This document shows, in pieces, positions 55,923 through 64,000 of a stretch of DNA of 64,000 nucleotides. This DNA comes from an uncultured Pirellulales bacterium. Lineage in GTDB: Bacteria; Planctomycetota; Phycisphaerae; Sedimentisphaerales; Anaerobacaceae. The position numbers and the translations under genes are program-made. Under the pieces are notes generated by a model. The model had not been told where the DNA came from. It searched no databases and saw only the letters and a program-made list of their open reading frames with translations. The DNA is taken from positions 546 to 64,545 of the forward strand of contig CAZFLY010000001.1 in the NCBI GenBank assembly GCA_964519995.1. Reading direction: 5' to 3'. Numbering within the stretch: position 1 is the stretch's first letter; each line of letters opens with the position of its first letter.

Positions 55923-55946
55923 CCCCCGAATAAATTCGGGGGCTAA
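55923..55946 (+). repeat. dispersed REP-family hairpin
   Basis: CCCCCGAA-TAAA-TTCGGGGGCTAA shares the C5..G5CTAA architecture and GGGGGCTAA tail with REP3 at 46560. Confidence 0.5.
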
Positions 55947-55960
55947 CCACAGCCGCCCAA

Positions 55961-57370
55961 ATGTACGATCTCAAAGACACAATCGTAGCTGTCAGCTCGC
56001 CGCCGGTAGGTGCAAGGACAATAGTTCGTATCACCGGGGTTGATACCGTGAATATCTGCAAAGAGCTCTTCGATTCGCCTATTGCGCAAAAAACAAACGG
56101 TATCATTGAAGGTAAGATTGCGATAGTCACCGGACTCAGAATTGATGCCAGGCTCTATCTTTTCTTCGCTCCCCATTCCTACACAGGCGACGACGTTGCG
56201 GAGATTCACCTTCACATAAACAGGGCCGTCACCACAGCACTAATGGCAGGTCTTTTCCATCGTGGCCTGCGTATGGCTGGGCCCGGCGAATTCACCGCTC
56301 GCGCATATCTGGCCGGCAAAATCGACCTGGCCCAGGCTGAGGCGGTAAACGAAATAATAACCACTTCCAACACGTTCCAATTAGCTGCTGCGGAAAAACT
56401 TCTTACCGGCCAGTTGGCAAAAAAAACAGAAAAAACTCAATCGGCAATCATAGATTGCCTTAGCCTGATTGAAGCGGGCCTGGATTTCAGCGAAGAAGAT
56501 ATAGAATTCTTAGCTCGAGATGACGCTATTGGCAGGCTTTCTGCTATAAAAAGTGAGCTTGGTCAGTTGCTCGCGAGCACTATCAGGTACGAGTCGCTGC
56601 TCGATCTGCCTGCGGTAGGAATTGCCGGTGCGCCGAACGCCGGTAAAAGCAGCTTACTAAACGCATTGCTCGGCAAGGAACGCAGCATCGTCTCGCACGA
56701 GTGTAAGACCACGCGTGATGTGCTCACGAGCGTACTAACTCTTAAACACAGTCAATGTGTGCTCTTTGATTGCGCGGGACTCGTGGCTGAGGCAGAGAAT
56801 ATACTCGATGAGCTGGCGCAGCAGGCAGCTACAGCAGCATTGCGTAACAGTTTGCTGGTCCTGTTTTGCATTGACCTGTCAAAAGAGGATTGGTCGGAAG
56901 ATGTTTCGATTCATGCCTTGATAGAACCGAGTACATTGCTGGCGGTCGCAACTAAGAGCGACCTGCCTTCAGAGAAAACTTTAGGTCGGAATCTCGCGAA
57001 GCTGAGCAATTTGTTCGGCTTTGAATTTTTGCCGGTCTCGGTCAAAACAGACGATGGCCTTGAGTCTTTGCGAAATGCTGCCGATACGCGGTTAATTCAG
57101 CTAACAAGCGGCTCTGCACCGGAGCACGCAGATTTGCCTTTTTCCGAAACAGACCAAAGCGCCGTCGCTATTACTGTCCGTCATAGACAAGCTGTTACGG
57201 AAGCGATAGAGAATATTGATACAGCTATTAAGGAACTAAATGCAGGCAACAATGAAGTCACTACAATGATGTTGCGGGCTGCCTATCAGGCTATTTCCGA
57301 TATTGAGCAACAGCCTGTTGACGAGCAGATATTAGAAAAGATATTTTCCCGCTTTTGCATTGGCAAATGA
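55961..57370 (+). CDS. mnmE: tRNA modification GTPase MnmE
   Basis: G domain GAPNAGKSSLLNAL, DCAGL, ATKSDL. Canonical C-terminal FCIGK. Confidence 0.95.
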   Translation: MYDLKDTIVAVSSPPVGARTIVRITGVDTVNICKELFDSPIAQKTNGIIEGKIAIVTGLRIDARLYLFFAPHSYTGDDVAEIHLHINRAVTTALMAGLFHRGLRMAGPGEFTARAYLAGKIDLAQAEAVNEIITTSNTFQLAAAEKLLTGQLAKKTEKTQSAIIDCLSLIEAGLDFSEEDIEFLARDDAIGRLSAIKSELGQLLASTIRYESLLDLPAVGIAGAPNAGKSSLLNALLGKERSIVSHECKTTRDVLTSVLTLKHSQCVLFDCAGLVAEAENILDELAQQAATAALRNSLLVLFCIDLSKEDWSEDVSIHALIEPSTLLAVATKSDLPSEKTLGRNLAKLSNLFGFEFLPVSVKTDDGLESLRNAADTRLIQLTSGSAPEHADLPFSETDQSAVAITVRHRQAVTEAIENIDTAIKELNAGNNEVTTMMLRAAYQAISDIEQQPVDEQILEKIFSRFCIGK

Positions 57371-57389
57371 GCAAGTTAGAAATTCAAAT

Positions 57390-57570
57390 TGCTTTGTAGA
57401 AAGGATGTCATTTCGACCGTAGTGAGCGCAGCGAACGGAGTGGAGAAATCTGGGTTAGCAGCGCTGTTGCACGCAGATTTCCCTTCGGGGCTCTGCGCTT
57501 CGCTACGTGTCTCGACTTCGCCCCTGTTTCTGTCTTCGACAGAAGACACAGGGGCTCCGCTCGAAATGAT
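57390..57570 (-). repeat. MITE-like element, inverted relative to 36947
   Basis: TGCTTTGTAGAAAGGATGTCATTTCGACCGTAGTGAGCGCAGCGAACGGAGTGGAGAAATCTGGG.. ..GGGGCTCCGCTCGAAATGA. Positions 57407-57480 match the reverse complement of 37101-37175 with one difference. Confidence 0.8.
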
Positions 57571-57814
57571 CTTGCTGTGACTGGCCGATTTGGGCCCCAT
57601 CCGCTCCTGCTGTAATAACAAAGAATATTATACGAAATGAGTCCCCAATAGTCCAGGAAATGTGCCGTTGGGAAACCATGGCAATTTACCACGTAATATT
57701 GAATATTGGCAGGTCTAAATATTCAGATGTGTTGGTACAAAAGGAAAAAGGCCAACACATTTTGATATTGGCCCTTATAATTCTGTCTCTCATGCAATGA
57801 ATATGTTTATGCTA

Positions 57815-59743
57815 TTAGTTGTCCTTGGCCTCAAATTCAGCGTCGATTACATCATCGCCACCTTTTCTCTTGACTTCGCCCTCAGGAGAAGGAGCTTGTT
57901 CGGCCTGGCCGGCCGGAGCCGACGCAGCCTGTTTCTTCGCTGCTTCTTCGTAAAGGACCTTACCAAGTTCCTGGCCGGCTTCGCCAAGATTGTCGATAGC
58001 TTTTTTTATTGCGTCTGCGCTATCACCTTTAATTGCTTCCTTGAGGTTATTCATTGCGCTTTCAATTTTACCTCTTGTATCCGCTGAAACTTTATCACCG
58101 TGCTCTTTGAGAGTCTTTTCTGTTGAGTAAATCAACTGGTCAGCCTGGTTCTTCAGGTCCACAACCTGCCTTTTCTCTTTATCTTCTTCAGCGTGTGTTC
58201 CAGCTTCCTTTGTCATCCGGTCAATCTCTTGTTCGCTCAGTCCGGAGCTGGACTTAATTACGATGGACTGCTGTTTACCGGTGCCGAGGTCTTTAGCTGA
58301 GACGTTCAGAATACCATTAGCGTCGATATCAAATGCAACCTCAATTTGCGGGATGCCTCGTGGAGCCGGCGGAATATCGGTAAGCTGAAACCTGCCGAGC
58401 GTGCGGTTGTCCCTGGCGAATTCACGCTCACCCTGCAGTATATGGATGTCAACGGTGGTTTGACTATCTGCGGCAGTTGAAAAAATCTCCTTCTTGCTGG
58501 TTGGGATTGTAGTATTTCGCTCAATCAGCCTTGTCATAACTCCACCAAGCGTTTCAACACCCAATGACAGGGGTGTCACATCCAGAAGTAAAATGTCTTT
58601 AACGCCTGCGTCACCAGCTAAAACTGCTCCCTGAATCGCTGCCCCTAAAGCCACAACTTCATCGGGATTTATGCTCCTGTTTGGTTCTTTGTCGAAGATT
58701 TCCTTTACAATTTCCTGGACCTTGGGAATTCTTGTCGAGCCACCGACAAGTAGAACCTCAAAAATACTACCTGCTGTTAGTTTTGCATCTTCCAGCGCCT
58801 TGTGACAGGGATCTTTTAGCCGTTCCAGAATGTGTTCCACCAGCGATTCAAACTTGCTACGGGTGATAGTAATCTGCATGTGCTTCGGCCCGGAGGCGTC
58901 TGCTGTGATAAATGGTAAATTAACTGTAGTCTCAAGCTGAGTACTCAGCTCACACTTTGCCTTTTCAGCAGCCTCCTTGAGCCGCTGGTGGGCCATTGCG
59001 TCCTGACGCAGGTTGATGCCCTCGGTTTTTTTGAATTCATCAGCAAGATAGTTTATCAACACCGCATCGAGGTCATCACCACCGAGGTGGGTGTCACCGT
59101 TGGTGCTGAGGACCTCAAATACATTGTCACCAATATCCAGTATAGAAATGTCAAAAGTGCCGCCCCCAAAATCAAAAATGGCAACTTTCTCATTCTTTTT
59201 CTTTTCCAATCCGTAAGCCAGTGCAGCGGCAGTAGGTTCGTTAATGATTCGCTCGACCTCCAGCCCTGCGATTCGGCCGGCGTCTTTGGTCGCTTGGCGT
59301 TGTGAATCATTGAAATACGCGGGAACTGTGATGACGGCTTTAGTGACCTTTTCGCCCAGATAGTCCTCTGCCGATTTCTTAAGGTCCTGCAGAATCATCG
59401 CGGATACTTCTGGAGGAGTATACTCTTTGCCTCTGATACCAACCTTCACTAATTCATTTGGCCCGCCCGTTATCTTATAAGGGACAATCTTTTCTTCTGC
59501 AGCGACCTCATTGTGCCGTCGGCCCATGAAGCGCTTGATAGAGAACACCGTGTTTTCCGGATTGGTAACCTGCTGATGTCTTGCGATCTGACCAATCAAT
59601 CGCTCAGACTTATCCGTAAATCCAACTACCGAAGGAGTCAGCCGAGAGCCGGATGAATTAGTCAAAACCTTCGGTGATGAACCTTCCATAACCGCAACCA
59701 CTGAGTTCGTTGTACCCAAGTCTATTCCGATGGTTTTAGCCAT
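57815..59743 (-). CDS. dnaK: molecular chaperone DnaK
   Basis: [17 protein letters not shown] and full-length Hsp70 collinearity over 642 aa. Confidence 0.97.
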   Translation of the reverse strand: MAKTIGIDLGTTNSVVAVMEGSSPKVLTNSSGSRLTPSVVGFTDKSERLIGQIARHQQVTNPENTVFSIKRFMGRRHNEVAAEEKIVPYKITGGPNELVKVGIRGKEYTPPEVSAMILQDLKKSAEDYLGEKVTKAVITVPAYFNDSQRQATKDAGRIAGLEVERIINEPTAAALAYGLEKKKNEKVAIFDFGGGTFDISILDIGDNVFEVLSTNGDTHLGGDDLDAVLINYLADEFKKTEGINLRQDAMAHQRLKEAAEKAKCELSTQLETTVNLPFITADASGPKHMQITITRSKFESLVEHILERLKDPCHKALEDAKLTAGSIFEVLLVGGSTRIPKVQEIVKEIFDKEPNRSINPDEVVALGAAIQGAVLAGDAGVKDILLLDVTPLSLGVETLGGVMTRLIERNTTIPTSKKEIFSTAADSQTTVDIHILQGEREFARDNRTLGRFQLTDIPPAPRGIPQIEVAFDIDANGILNVSAKDLGTGKQQSIVIKSSSGLSEQEIDRMTKEAGTHAEEDKEKRQVVDLKNQADQLIYSTEKTLKEHGDKVSADTRGKIESAMNNLKEAIKGDSADAIKKAIDNLGEAGQELGKVLYEEAAKKQAASAPAGQAEQAPSPEGEVKRKGGDDVIDAEFEAKDN

Positions 59744-59838
59744 AATTGTCTTCCTTTCGGTCTGACTAAATTGGAAAAAAACACAGTTTTCTGCGTCGTT
59801 AAAAATCCAGTCGCATACAGACTATGTAAAATAAAAAG

Positions 59839-59854
59839 TGCAAAAGGCGTGCCA
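59839..59854 (-). promoter_or_regulatory. sigma-54 (-24/-12) promoter candidate upstream of dnaK
   Basis: The minus strand reads TGGCACGCCTTTTGCA, which matches TGGCAC-N5-TTGCW exactly. The -12 element lies about 95 nt upstream of the dnaK ATG. It is the only such match I found on either strand of the window. Confidence 0.5.
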
Positions 59855-60059
59855 ATTCCATAGCCCAGTTGCCGGCTTTATCTAAGCTCTTTTACCTCAT
59901 GGACTTAAATCGTTGGCTTATTACTTTGTTCTCTTTAAAAAGTTCGTTCGTTGTGCCATTTTGGCAGATGTGGGCAAAACAAACCGGAAATTACTAGGCA
60001 TTCGTAGGCTGAGGGCTGTTGATTTCTTTGCTTTATGTTGTTGCGTCGTATCTTCTATT

Positions 60060-61184
60060 CTATGGATTTTCACCCAAAGCCTCGCGGATGATTTTGGCTC
60101 GGAGCGCGTCTCTGTGGGTTGCGTCCAATGATTTACCATAGTTCAGTTGCAGATGCGCCGGCAGAGTCAGCATAAACAACCGATTAATGGTCGCGACGGA
60201 TAGGCCTTTATTCTTATCTGAACCTTTCAAAGCACAGAGTCTTTTTATTGCGGGCGTCGAGGCTCCCAAGCGTTCGTGCATATTCAGGCCCAACCGCAAA
60301 TGGCTAAGCAGGAATAACGCCTCCTGAGAGCTTATCAGATGAGCATTTTGAAGTAGTGCCATTGCACGTGAAATCTTGTCGTTGAGGGTATCGACTTGCT
60401 GCGAGAGCAAATGTGTCCTCGCAGCATTCTCGTACCCGATTATTTCTGGAATGATAGTGTTTTCAAATTCCGAGACAATTGCTTGTTCTGAGACACCGAG
60501 TGTTATCTGGTTCGACAACTGATACAAATCACTCGCAGCCTCGGTTCCTTCACCAAAAAGCCCCCGTACAGCAAGGTTCATGTCTTTTGTGGTGTTTAAG
60601 AACTTCTCGATTTGTCCGGTTATTTTCAGAGCTGGCAGGTGCAGCATTACCGAGATTCTTATCCCCGTTCCGATATTGGTCGGGCAAGCAGTCAGGTATC
60701 CATAACGAGGACTGAAGGCATATTCAACCTTCTGCTCGATCATATCATCAATATCATTTATTCGGCGTAGACACTTCGATAGCTGACAACCTGCTTTAAG
60801 TACCTGCATTCGCAGATGGTCCTCTTCATTGATCATCGCAGCGAAGGACTCACGGCCGGCAACTACAACGCCTCGTGGACCTTTAGCTGTGGCGTGATGC
60901 CGACTAATAAGATGTCTTTCTACGAGAAAATTTCGATTTAGAGCAGAGGTTCTGTCGATGCTTATATAGAAGACTTCATCACCAAGGTTGAGTGATATGA
61001 TGATGTCTTTGAGTTTCTTTAGGATTTCGGATTTTTCTTCATTTGAGCAGCAGTTAAGGAATTTGTGACCGGCAAGGTTCCTCGCGAGTCGGATGCGTGA
61101 AGAGATTACGACGTCGGCTAACGGTCCTGCACCGCTGAACCACTCGTTTATGTCGTTGCTTATGTTCGTCAGCTTCATATCCAC
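60060..61184 (-). CDS. mcsB: protein arginine kinase McsB
   Basis: SSRIRLARN, EEDHLRMQ, YGYLTACPTNIGTGIRISVMLHLPAL, AVRGLFGEGTEA..YQLSNQITLG. Confidence 0.85.
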   Translation of the reverse strand: MDMKLTNISNDINEWFSGAGPLADVVISSRIRLARNLAGHKFLNCCSNEEKSEILKKLKDIIISLNLGDEVFYISIDRTSALNRNFLVERHLISRHHATAKGPRGVVVAGRESFAAMINEEDHLRMQVLKAGCQLSKCLRRINDIDDMIEQKVEYAFSPRYGYLTACPTNIGTGIRISVMLHLPALKITGQIEKFLNTTKDMNLAVRGLFGEGTEAASDLYQLSNQITLGVSEQAIVSEFENTIIPEIIGYENAARTHLLSQQVDTLNDKISRAMALLQNAHLISSQEALFLLSHLRLGLNMHERLGASTPAIKRLCALKGSDKNKGLSVATINRLFMLTLPAHLQLNYGKSLDATHRDALRAKIIREALGENP

Positions 61185-61206
61185 GGTCCCGGTAAGGTCA
61201 AGATAA

Positions 61207-61701
61207 TTACTCGAGTTGATTCATTTTATCCCGTAACTGTGCTGCCAATTCATAGTCTTCGCTTCTCACTGCGATATCCAGTTGTTGCTGCAGACGCGAG
61301 CGCTCGATCTGTTTTCTTGATTGCTTCGGCATTCTGGATGGGACCTTACCGCAGTGGTAAGTCATTCCACCCTGCGCCCTTTCGATAAGCGGCAGTAATG
61401 ATTTCTCGAAGACATCATAATCATAGGGACAGCCTAAGACGGGCTCTTTGCGGAATTTATCCAGGGTAAAGCCACAATGTGGGCACGTGAGGTCATGCTC
61501 CGAAGAGCTGAGTAAATCATCGTCCGTCGGCTGCACCGCCAATAAGTTGCTGAGCAGTTCGTTAACAGATATCTGGCTCTTAGCGGCTATGCCCTGCTCA
61601 ACGGCACAATTCTCACAGACGTGCATCTCCGTGCGTTCGCCGTCAGCAATCTCCGTGAGGTGAATAGTTGCAGCTCTTTTATGACAAAACTGGCATTGCA
61701 T
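61207..61701 (-). CDS. mcsA: McsA-like activator (zinc-finger plus UVR domain)
   Basis: CQFCHKRAATIHLTEI..HVCENCA, a second CxxC pair, and a C-terminal UVR motif DYELAAQLRDKMNQLE. Confidence 0.8.
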   Translation of the reverse strand: MQCQFCHKRAATIHLTEIADGERTEMHVCENCAVEQGIAAKSQISVNELLSNLLAVQPTDDDLLSSSEHDLTCPHCGFTLDKFRKEPVLGCPYDYDVFEKSLLPLIERAQGGMTYHCGKVPSRMPKQSRKQIERSRLQQQLDIAVRSEDYELAAQLRDKMNQLE

Positions 61702-61756
61702 GACTGCTCTGCCTCCTGTTTTTCACACACTAAAAGTTATGAATTAGCGTGACCTT

Positions 61757-61765
61757 ATTATACCA
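61757..61765 (-). promoter_or_regulatory. extended -10 promoter candidate for mcsA
   Basis: The minus strand reads TGGTATAAT, about 55 nt upstream of the mcsA ATG. Confidence 0.35.
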
Positions 61766-61810
61766 AAGTCCCATGTAAGGTATCGTCATATTTCTCAGCT
61801 TGCTATAAAG

Positions 61811-62176
61811 CTATTGACAGAATTTTGCCGAATAACCTGGCTCCTCAACAACCGTAACAGCTTGTAGTTTCAGCCTTTTAGACAATTTGGGCTTTAGTCT
61901 CTCGTATATATATTTAGCTACGTTCTCAGCCGACGGGTTGTTCCGTCGAAAATACGCGACATTTCCTAACGGCACATCGTCAAGTTCAGCCAAAACATCA
62001 TTGACCATCGCTTTTAATTGAAGGAAATCCATAACAACGCCTACACTGTTAAGCTTGCCTTGGCTGACGTCCACTGTAACCAACCAACCGTGCTCATGAG
62101 CAGGTTCTTGTGATCCGTCCAGCAGCATTAGCTGATGCGATGCTTTAAAGTGACTTTCAACGCTAATTGTAAACAT
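61811..62176 (-). CDS. queD: 6-carboxy-5,6,7,8-tetrahydropterin synthase (PTPS family)
   Basis: FKASHQL..HEHGW..VMDF pattern of QueD/PTPS. ATG at 62176 chosen because the track start at 62278 overlaps coaD. Confidence 0.75.
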   Translation of the reverse strand: MFTISVESHFKASHQLMLLDGSQEPAHEHGWLVTVDVSQGKLNSVGVVMDFLQLKAMVNDVLAELDDVPLGNVAYFRRNNPSAENVAKYIYERLKPKLSKRLKLQAVTVVEEPGYSAKFCQ

Positions 62177-62231
62177 ATCTTGTTGATACTCGATACTTGA
62201 AACTCGATGCTCGCCGCGTGAGAGACGAGTT

Positions 62232-62729
62232 TTACATTTTTTCTTTCTCAAAGCGGCGTAGCAATCGTTCATGGACATTCTCCGGAATCAAATTTGACAA
62301 ATCTCCTCCAAGCGAGGCTATCTCGCGAATCAGGGTCGAACTGGTAAAGCCGTACTGCTCACTGGTCATAATAAAAACAGTCTCTATTCCAGCTACAGCT
62401 CTATTAGTCATAGCGAGCTGAAACTCATACTGTACATCGGTAAGACTTCGCAGTCCACGCAGGATGACATCAGCCTTTTTCTTTGCAGCATATTCAACCG
62501 TTAAGCCATCAAAGCTCTCGACGCTTACACCTGGCATATTCCTTATCAGTTCCACTATCATTTCAACTCGCTCTTCGGGGCTGAAGAGCTGGTTCTTTAC
62601 AGGGCTTCTCCCGACTGCAATGATAAGCTCATCAAAAAGCTTCATCCCACGATTTATTACATCGAGATGCCCATTCGTAATCGGGTCAAACGAACCCGGG
62701 AAAATCGCCCTGACTGATTTATTGCCCAT
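62232..62729 (-). CDS. coaD: phosphopantetheine adenylyltransferase
   Basis: AIFPGSFDPITNGHLD, ILRGLR, SSTLIREI. ATG at 62729 chosen. Confidence 0.9.
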   Translation of the reverse strand: MGNKSVRAIFPGSFDPITNGHLDVINRGMKLFDELIIAVGRSPVKNQLFSPEERVEMIVELIRNMPGVSVESFDGLTVEYAAKKKADVILRGLRSLTDVQYEFQLAMTNRAVAGIETVFIMTSEQYGFTSSTLIREIASLGGDLSNLIPENVHERLLRRFEKEKM

Positions 62730-62947
62730 CGTTGTATTTAACCTTTGCTGGATAAATGAATCTACTATTATACCGTAAGTGCGGAGAAGGTCAAACAATC
62801 CTGCTAAGAGGTCTATATTGGAGGATCGTTACGTACTATATAATCAGGGTCGCTTGATAGGAAGAGTTCCAAGTTGCTTGGCAAAGACTGCGTATAGCCC
62901 GGAGCCTACCTAAAATAGGTCATCGCCTCCATTGTGAGAAATCGGAT

Positions 62948-62975
62948 TTGACTTCAGAATCATAGCACCTATAAT
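62948..62975 (+). promoter_or_regulatory. sigma-70 consensus-like promoter
   Basis: TTGACT, 16-nt spacer, TATAAT, about 50 nt upstream of the lipoprotein gene, which has an AAGGAGG Shine-Dalgarno. Confidence 0.45.
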
Positions 62976-63026
62976 ACTTCAGAGACGAACAAAAAACTTG
63001 CGCTATGAAATCTCAAGGAGGTCAAA

Positions 63027-63713
63027 ATGAACATCAAAAAGTGTCTTTTTTATCTGCTGGCTTGCCTTTTAGGTGGCTGCGTGCCCGTGATGTCGCTGAA
63101 TTCACTTTTTACCACAGAAAACCTCGTATTCGAAGAGAAGCTACTTGGCACTTGGGTAAATGACTGTAATGACCCGAAAAACACATGGCAATTCAACCGT
63201 ATTGGTGAAGAAAAACCTATGTTCTTGTCACCGGCACTCGAGAAAAATCGTGACAAGGTATATAAGCTGATGGTATCTGACAACGATGGCGAAAAAGGAT
63301 TGTTTATCGCATGTTTGGTGAAGCTCGATAAGAAGCTATTTTTGGACGTGTTTCCTGGTCAGTTCCCCTGCGCAGAAGAAGATATCGAGAAAAGTGAAGC
63401 GCAATTCAACACGTTCTTCTTTTGGCCGGTACACACTTTTATAAGAATTGATTCTATCGAACCTCAATTGAAGATGCGTATCACCGATGATGACAAGTTT
63501 GAAGAACTTCTCAAGGCAGAACCTAATGCTGTCAAACATACGATAGCCGAAGATAGAATCCTTCTGACAGCATCAACTAAAGAACTGCAGACCTTCGTGC
63601 TCAAATATGCCGACAATGACAGAGTCTTCACCAGTGAGGGAGCCACCGCTCTGGTGCGCTGTCAAAACTCAACGGATATTCGTAGTTCTGAGCCGAACAA
63701 GACAAAGCCTTGA
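63027..63713 (+). CDS. hypothetical lipoprotein
   Basis: Signal plus lipobox MNIKKCLFYLLACLLGGC. No recognised domain. Confidence 0.6.
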   Translation: MNIKKCLFYLLACLLGGCVPVMSLNSLFTTENLVFEEKLLGTWVNDCNDPKNTWQFNRIGEEKPMFLSPALEKNRDKVYKLMVSDNDGEKGLFIACLVKLDKKLFLDVFPGQFPCAEEDIEKSEAQFNTFFFWPVHTFIRIDSIEPQLKMRITDDDKFEELLKAEPNAVKHTIAEDRILLTASTKELQTFVLKYADNDRVFTSEGATALVRCQNSTDIRSSEPNKTKP

Positions 63714-63749
63714 GTTGGGTTATTGACTGAGAGACTGGCTAATAACAAC

Positions 63750-63863
63750 AGTAAGCTAAAAACCTAAAGCTAAAAGCGCAAAACCATAGCTCAAAATTCA
63801 AAACCTGTTTAATTTTCAGTTTTAAGCTGTGGTTTTACACTTTACGTTTTACGCTTTTCGTTT
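63750..63863. repeat. 114-bp AT-rich imperfect palindrome, copy 2
   Basis: Collinear with 51396-51509 with scattered substitutions (e.g. AAAAGCGCAAAACCATAGCTCAAAATT). Confidence 0.85.
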
Positions 63864-63904
63864 CTCTCGTCCCTGAGCTAATGCTAATTTTTTGATGTGG
63901 CATT

Positions 63905-64000
63905 ATGGTGGACAAATCAAAATTCAGACGTTATCTTGTGAATATCGATTCCACCGCAACCCCTCAGCTTTTTGCCGACTGCTTAGTAGTTGGGGCTGGC
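63905..64000 (+). CDS. nadB: probable L-aspartate oxidase, 5' end only (runs off the window)
   Basis: MVDKSKFRRYLVNIDSTATPQLFADCLVVGAG. The RYL..D....P..F.D.LV.G.G pattern is the FAD-binding start typical of NadB as I recall it. Only 32 codons are visible. Confidence 0.4.
   Translation, partial: MVDKSKFRRYLVNIDSTATPQLFADCLVVGAG

Noticed and set aside
59744-60059. CIRCE (TTAGCACTC-N9-GAGTGCTAA) or sigma-32-type promoter upstream of dnaK
   Set aside because: No match with a tolerable number of mismatches was seen on either strand.
61702-61810. CtsR operator (GGTCAAA direct repeat) upstream of mcsA
   Set aside because: Only a single GGTCA word is present and there is no tandem heptad.
62177-62798. 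Long overlapping versions of queD (to 62278) and coaD (to 62798)
   Set aside because: The extensions lack similarity to the family N-termini. Internal ATGs at 62176 and 62729 give canonical starts (MFTISVESHF.., MGNKSVRAIFPGSFDP..).
1-64000. Search for tRNA, rRNA, tmRNA, RNase P RNA, CRISPR arrays, integrases and conventional IS transposases
   Set aside because: No T-loop/GGTTCGAATCC-type signatures, rRNA-like stretches or arrays of 25-40-nt repeats with spacers were seen. The only transposase-like gene is the RAYT-type ORF at 46633.

Overview
About 64 kb of bacterial chromosome. It is probably from a PVC-group organism (Planctomycetota/Phycisphaerae-like). That is an inference from a DUF1559-type prepilin protein with an exact H-X9-DG motif, a PEP-CTERM remnant, mcsA-mcsB, an archaeal-type ThyA-like gene and the overall gene content. 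All calls rest on motif recognition by eye; no searches were run. Most of the window is housekeeping: guaB-guaA, nagB, mtnP, pcm, recG, trkH-trkA, rluD, rsmA, pdxA, ribE, nrdR, miaA, ispA, dxs, nadK, dnaA, rsmB, fmt, def, lptB, yidC, mnmE, dnaK, mcsA-mcsB, queD, coaD and the start of nadB. I saw no rRNA, tRNA or CRISPR array. Accessory or unusual content: (1) At the left edge, an AT-rich two-gene module: an unknown 374-aa protein with a possible split PIN-like fold, plus a beta-class DNA methyltransferase fused to an Mrr-type nuclease domain. It lies next to a second, synonymously recoded copy of the last 10 codons of guaA (an att-like scar) and a truncated aminotransferase gene. (2) A compact type II-like restriction-modification (R-M) pair inserted inside the normally contiguous def-fmt-rsmB cluster. 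(3) nrdR followed by a stand-alone ATP-cone protein with no reductase gene, behind an NrdR-box-like palindrome and a terminator-bounded candidate sRNA. (4) A REPtron: an IS200-like RAYT-type HUH transposase gene flanked by inverted REP hairpins, with one dispersed REP. (5) At least five further short repeat families. These include a MITE-like element with GTCATTTCGA termini, fragments of repeats embedded in frame in nadK and dnaA, a 114-bp AT-rich palindrome that supplies the def C-terminus, and heptad-periodic CGT/ACGA arrays in intercistronic spacers. (6) A near-consensus sigma-54 promoter upstream of dnaK. Many ORFs in the supplied track are antisense shadows or over-extended N-termini; I chose starts accordingly.
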